A program made the translations under genes and the position numbers. This document shows positions 57,970 through 64,000 of a DNA stretch of 64,000 nt, piece by piece. Source of the DNA: Octopus vulgaris (lineage: Eukaryota); the NCBI GenBank assembly GCA_951406725.2, contig OX597821.1, forward strand, positions 85,684,001-85,748,000, written 5' to 3'. Each line of letters opens with the position of its first letter. The first letter of the stretch is position 1. Below the pieces are notes generated by a model. It was not told the DNA's origin. It searched no databases and saw only the letters and a program-made list of their open reading frames with translations.

Positions 57970-58320
57970 TGGTGATGATATTGTATATGGTGATGGTGGT
58001 TTTGATGGTAGTGATGGTAATCGTGGTGATGGTGGTGTTGGTGGTGGTAGTGGTGGTGTTGGTGGTGGTAATGGAGGTGGTGATGGTGGTGGTGATGGAG
58101 GTGGTGATGGTGGTAGTTGTAATGGTTGTGATGGTGGTGGTAATGGAGGTGGTGATAGTATTGGAGGTGGTAATGGTGGTAGTTGTGATGGTGGTGGTGA
58201 TGGTGGTGGTGGTGATGGTGGTAGTGCTAGTTTTGCTGGTGGTAGAAGTGATGGTGGTCGTGGTGATAGTGGCTGTTGTTGTTGTTGTTGGTGGTGGTAG
58301 TGGTGGTGATTGGTGGTTGG
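57970..58320. repeat. degenerate (GGT)n repeat
   Basis: Direct reading. Confidence 0.85.
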
Positions 58321-58739
58321 CTCTGATGGTTTTGATCTGTTGTTTCCAACAATGGTCTTCTCGCGGAAAGCTACACAGGACATATTTAAATCAACTGTGT
58401 GACATCTCGAACACTCCCGCATTTAATACTTATGAAAGCAATGATGAGAAGATAAGGAGAAAAAGATACTTTGTGAGTCCCTCTCTCTCCCCTATTCTCT
58501 CTCTTCCTAGCTGTGTGTACATGTTTGTGTATGTATGTATGTATGTATGTATGTATGTATGTATGTATGTATGTATGTATGTATGTATGTATGTATGTAT
58601 GTATGTATGTATGTCTGTTTCTTCTGTATTTAAACATTTAAATTCTTCATCTGAAGAAGGGTTGGTTTCTGTGTATGTATGTATGTATGTATGTATGTAT
58701 ACATATATACACACACACAGACGCGCATATGTTTGTGTA

Positions 58740-58804
<65 letters not shown>

Positions 58805-58817
58805 ATGTATATATATG

Positions 58818-58851
<34 letters not shown>

Positions 58852-58902
58852 CATACATACATGTAGATATATATATATATATACATACATGTATATATAT
58901 AT

Positions 58903-58941
<39 letters not shown>

Positions 58942-58942
58942 C

Positions 58943-59097
<155 letters not shown>

Positions 59098-59290
59098 GTG
59101 GGATGGTATATGTGTTAGTGTTAGTGAGCAGAAACACATACCAAAAGCAGTTTTCCAGTCCCAACATATTCCCATTCTTGTTACGTCGTTGCGTTACGTT
59201 TCATCTGAAACTCGTTTCAACATTAATAAGGTATAATAAAATAAACGTGTGAACCAAGAATGCTGTAAAGCCTGTTTTGTTTTCTCGTGT

Positions 59291-59329
<39 letters not shown>

Positions 59330-59535
59330 AGATTAATTTTGAAGTATTGTTGTCCTTTCACGCCACTTCAATCGAAACACATGTTTAACAAAGTGATACA
59401 GGAAAACAACCGAAAAAAAAGAAGAGAAAACTGGTGATGGTTTGGATCGGCGAACGGTAAACAGAAAATATTTACGATGTGGAATAATTTATTTCACTCT
59501 GGAGAAGTCAAGATGTTTTGAACGGGACCCTTCGC

Positions 59536-60420
59536 TTCTTCTTCTTCTTCTCCTTCTTCTTCTTCTTCTTCTTCTTCTTCTTCTTCTTCTTCTTCTTCTT
59601 CTTCTTCTTCTTCTTCTTCTTCTTCTTCTGCTTCTTCTTCTTCTTCTTCTTCTTCTTCTTCTTCTTCTTCTTCTTCTTCTTCTTCTTCTGCTTCTTCTTC
59701 TTCTTCTTCTTCTTCTTCTTCTTCTTCTTCTTCTTCTTCTTCTTCTTCTTCTTCTTCTTCTTCTTCTTCTGCTTCTTCTTCTTCTTCTGCTTCTTCTTCT
59801 TCTTCTTCTTCTTCTTCTTCTTCTTCTTCTTCTTCTTCTTCTTCTTCTTCTTCTTCTTCTTCTTCTTCTTCTTCTTCTTCTTCTTCTTCTTCTTCTTCTT
59901 CTTCTTCTTCTTCTGCTGCTGCTGCTGCTGCTGCTTCTTCTTCTTCTTCTTCTTCTTCTTCTTCTTCTTCTTCTTCTTCTTCTTCTTCTTCTTCTTCTTC
60001 TTCTTCTTCTTCTTCTTCTTCTTCTTCTTCTTCTTCTTCTTCTTCTTCTTCTTCTTCTTCTTCTTCTTCTTCTTCTTCTTCTTCTTCTTCTTCTTCTTCT
60101 TCTTCTTCTTCTTCTTCTTCTTCTTCTTCTTCTTCTTCTTCTTCTTCTTCTTCTTCTTCTTCTTCTTCTTCTTCTTCTTCTTCTTCTTCTTCTTCCTTCT
60201 TCCTTCCTTCCTTCCTTCTTACCTTCCTTCCTTCCTTCCTTCCTTCCTTCCTTCCTTCCTTCCTTCCTTCCTTTCTTGCTTGCTTGCTTGCTTGCTTGCT
60301 TTCTTTCTTCCTTCCTTCCTTTCTTTCCTTCCTTCCTTCCTTCCTTCCTTCCTTCCTTCCTTCCTTTCTTTCTTCCTTTCTTCCTTCCTTTCTTTTTTTC
60401 TTTCTTTTTCTTTCTTTCTT
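59536..60420. repeat. very long (CTT)n followed by (CTTC)n/(CTTT)n polypyrimidine tract
   Basis: Direct reading. Confidence 0.95.
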
Positions 60421-61113
60421 TCTTTAGCTCTCTCTCTCTCTCTCATGTTATCTTCGAATCTTCGTTAAACGGTTCTGCCCAAAATGTTACCGCACTTGAC
60501 GGCATGTAAAACGCACATTTTTTTCTCAAAAAATGTCTTTAAAACATTATCCTGGCTGGGTCCCATATGCGAAGTTGGGTCTCCTATAAGTTTCAATGCA
60601 CAAACTCCTATTTTTTCCCCACCTAAATATGCGTTACTGAAGTTGGACTACGTCTAATGTGTCCACGCGTCTTTTATGCAACTAAATACAGCGCTTCTCC
60701 CCTCTTCTTCACAACAATAGAATTTTATTTCAGCTAGTTTTAACAGTAGGTGGTCCTTTGGCAAATCCGTTTGAACATCTGATAAATACCTCCCAACAAT
60801 TGTTTCAGTTATTTTTGCGCTCTGAGAGCACATCGTACCCAAGTCAACTCTGCCTTTCATTCCCACAGGGTCGATAAATAAAATACCAGTCAAGAACGGG
60901 GATCAATTCTCTTCTCTCTTCCTCTCCCTTTTTCGATACTGTATCAGTTACAGTCTGCATAGTGAATTGTGGTCACTGACAGTGTCTTTTGTCAAGAAGA
61001 AATGGGAAGGGCTGAGTGAGAGGCTATCATTCTTTTCTCGTCTGTCCTATTACAAAAACCAGGTGCAGTCCCAGGAATTTTTCGAAGGGTGTGCACAAGG
61101 TCAGAAGGGAATA

Positions 61114-61712
61114 CAGTAATCCCTCGATTATTGCGAGTATTACGTTCCCCAAATCTGCCCGCGATAGGTGAAAATCCACGAAGTAGAAACAGTTCTGTAC
61201 TGTAGATGTTATTATTTTTATATATTTATTTTATTCTTTTCTTCTCCAGGCACAAGGCCCAAAATTTTTGGGGGAGGGGGGCCAGTCGATTATATCGACC
61301 CTAGTACGCAACTGGTACTTAATTTATTAATTTATCGACCTCGAAAGGATGAAGGGGAAAGTCGACCTCGGCGGAATTTGAACTCAAAAAGTAAAGACAG
61401 GCGAAATACCTATTTCTTTACTACCCACAAGGGGCTAAAGACAGAGAGGACAAACAAGGACAGACAAACGGATTAAATCGATTATATCGACCTCAGTGCA
61501 TAACTGGTACTTAATTTATCGACCCCGAAAGGATGAAAGGCAAAGTCGACCTCGGCGGAATTTGAACTCAGAACGTAAAGACAGACGAAATACCGCTTAG
61601 CATTTTGCGCGGCGTGCTAACGTTTGTGCCAACTTCCCGCCTAATTTATTTATTTTATAAGCTTAAATGATAAACCTTGATAGGTGAACCGCGATATGGC
61701 GAGGGATTACTG
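61114..61712. mobile_element. Tc1/pogo-type MITE containing a nested SINE A dimer (61245-61642, minus)
   Basis: TIR CAGTAATCCCTCG / CGAGGGATTACTG with TA on both sides. Confidence 0.8.
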
Positions 61713-62046
61713 TACAATTCCAGGAGAAAAGGGCGTAATAACATCATTTAGAAGGGCGCACTTCTTTTTCCTTGGGGGGGGGGGCGTGCCCCTCAGCAAC
61801 CCTCTGCCCCTTGGGCCCGCCCCTGAAAACCATCCATAACAATCAGAAATAGCAGGTCTGGACTGTCTTATCAGCTTGTCCTGCATTTACACATTACGTC
61901 AGACCCACTAACAAAAGAGTCATTTTGGGGTCACTCGGCCTTAAAGAAACAGTAGCCAAATCTACTTCAAATCACACCCCCACGTCTTAATCACCAATAT
62001 ACAAGGAGAGTCGCGCCGGCAACGTCTCTTGTCATATGTAAGATGG

Positions 62047-62440
62047 TGTGGAGGCGCAATGGCCCAGTGGTTAGGGCAGCGGACTCGCGGTCGTAGGATC
62101 GCGGTTTCGATTCCCAGACCGGGCGTTGTGAGTGTTTATTGAGCGAAAACACCTAAAAGCTCCACGAGGCTCCGGCAGGGGATGGTGGTGATCCCTGCTG
62201 TACTCTTTCACCACAACTTTCTCTCACTCTTACTTCCTGTTTCTGTTGTACCTGTATTTCAAAGGGCCGGCCGTGTCACTCTCTGTGTCACGCTGAATAT
62301 CGCCGAGAACTAAGTTAAGGGTGCACGTATCTGTGGAGTGCTCAGCCACTTACACGTTAATTTCACGAGCAGGCTGTTCCGTTGATCAGATCAACCGGAA
62401 CCCTCGTCGTCGTAACCGACGGAGTGCTTCCATCCATCCA
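62047..62440 (+). mobile_element. SINE family C, tail type 1
   Basis: Near-identical to 13616-14003; (CATC)n tail. Confidence 0.88.
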
Positions 62441-64000
62441 TAAATAAACGCTAAAGTATTTGTCTCTGCTACTAAACATGTCCTAATGTTCGGTGTTTGC
62501 GTCGCTCTTGTGGCAAAATAAAGAAATCAGTATTATTTTGAAAACTCATTAAAAAATACATTAGAAGAATCGGTAGATCAGCAGGCAAAATAAATCATAT
62601 TTAATTACGTCTTCATAAGTTCTGATTTCAAATTCCGCCGAGTTTGACATATTTCTTATTTTTCTTATTTTATCTAGTTTCAGCTCACGAGCTGTGGCCA
62701 TGCTGGGGCACCGCCATTTGCTGTGGCACTTGATCCTTCTAGAGCTTTTAATATAAAATATAAACCAAATTCTAGTCATATAACGGAGCAAAATTAAATT
62801 GACAAACCTGTTCCCTCTAAGCCAAACATTTTGTGATTTTGCACCAACATTAGAGACATTGTCAGAGTCGATAGAACGTCGCATTTTTTTCTTCTTTTCT
62901 TTTGGTTCTTTACGTTCTGAGCTCAAATTCCACCGAAGCCAGCTCTGGTTTTCTTCTCACCGGGGTGGATAAAAATAAAGCAGCAGTCAAGTATTGTGGT
63001 CGATGAAATCAATCAACGTCTTCCCTCAAATTGCTGGTCTAGTGTCTAAATTAGAAACACGTTATTTTGATGTTTTAGGGCGGCCAATTGGCAGGGTGGT
63101 TAATGCATCGGGGTTTCTAACTGTTCTTTACGTTTGGAGTTTAGAGTTTCTTCCGGTCCTTTATGTTTTGACATCGAATCCTGCCGAGCTCCTGACATCG
63201 AATCCTTTCATTCCACCGGGGTCACTGAAATAAAGTACCAATCAAGATATCGATTAACCCTCATCCCACGTAAATTGCAGACCTTTACCTAAATTAGAAG
63301 CAATTATTTTCGTGGCTTATTAATTGGTTGTATATTAAAGTATTCCAGACTACAATTGTGGTTCAGCAATGACTTCTAAATCAATGTTGATCCAGCAGGC
63401 CTCTGATTAAAGGCGTCCCAGCCGGAATAATCTCATCTTATCAATTTTCAGACAGAACATATCTAAAATTGCACTACAAGATACGTACTTTACATTGTGA
63501 GACAATGGCAATGTGATTTGAGGAAGTTTTGACATCTATACCTAGCTAACCATGCGACCACATAGAGGTCCCCACATTTGAAATTCCTTTCCTTGCGTGT
63601 GATGTCGTGGAGTTAATTTTGTTCTTCTTCACCCCCTGCCATTACTCATTCAACTTTTCATATTTATTCGCGGTTCTTTCACTGATATTAAATTCTTCTT
63701 TGTTTTAATTCTATCTGTATTGATTTTCATTAAAATCTGTTGCTTTGTTATTCCTATTTCTATATCTAATACATTTTTTCCTTATCTAAACGTCTATATC
63801 AAGATATCTGTACCAATATATATATATATCAACGTATCTATAATTTCTATACATTTCATATGCATTATTTTTATATCTACATTTCTATATCTACATTTAA
63901 ATTTCTATGACGATGATTATATATTATACATCCTTTTCATAATACATCTGTATGCATATATTTATTCATATTATATAAACGAAAATATGCATGTATGTAT

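Noticed and set aside
57757-58826. Pro-rich and Val-rich ORFs
   Set aside because: Derived from degenerate (GGT)n; flanking peptide not recognisable
59442-60509. Poly-Leu/Phe ORFs
   Set aside because: (CTT)n artefact

Overview
AT-rich, extremely microsatellite-dense eukaryotic non-coding DNA. I found no convincing host protein-coding exon, and almost all track ORFs are simple-repeat artefacts. The repeat repertoire resembles an octopod cephalopod (Octopus) genome; this is an inference. Contents: three tRNA-derived SINE families (many copies), three decayed mariner transposons (one full-length with TIRs), RTE, CR1-group and R4/Dong-like LINE fragments, nested MITEs and a U6 snRNA pseudogene. 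The main unannotated signal is about 15 minimal type-I hammerhead ribozyme (HHR) motifs: CUGANGA-stem II-GAAA-palindromic stem III-NUH. They belong to at least 8 unrelated sequence families. Three have intact canonical cores (9098-9134, 27654-27723, 34852-34894). Others carry a U3-A8 compensatory core or a recurrent C4 core. They sit in short non-coding elements docked in microsatellites. Six are outward-pointing inverted pairs, and one is a 372-nt tandem dimer fused to the U6 pseudogene. This fits Penelope-like pLTR or retrozyme-type elements. There is also a strand-specific 115-nt RNA hairpin at 36098-36212.
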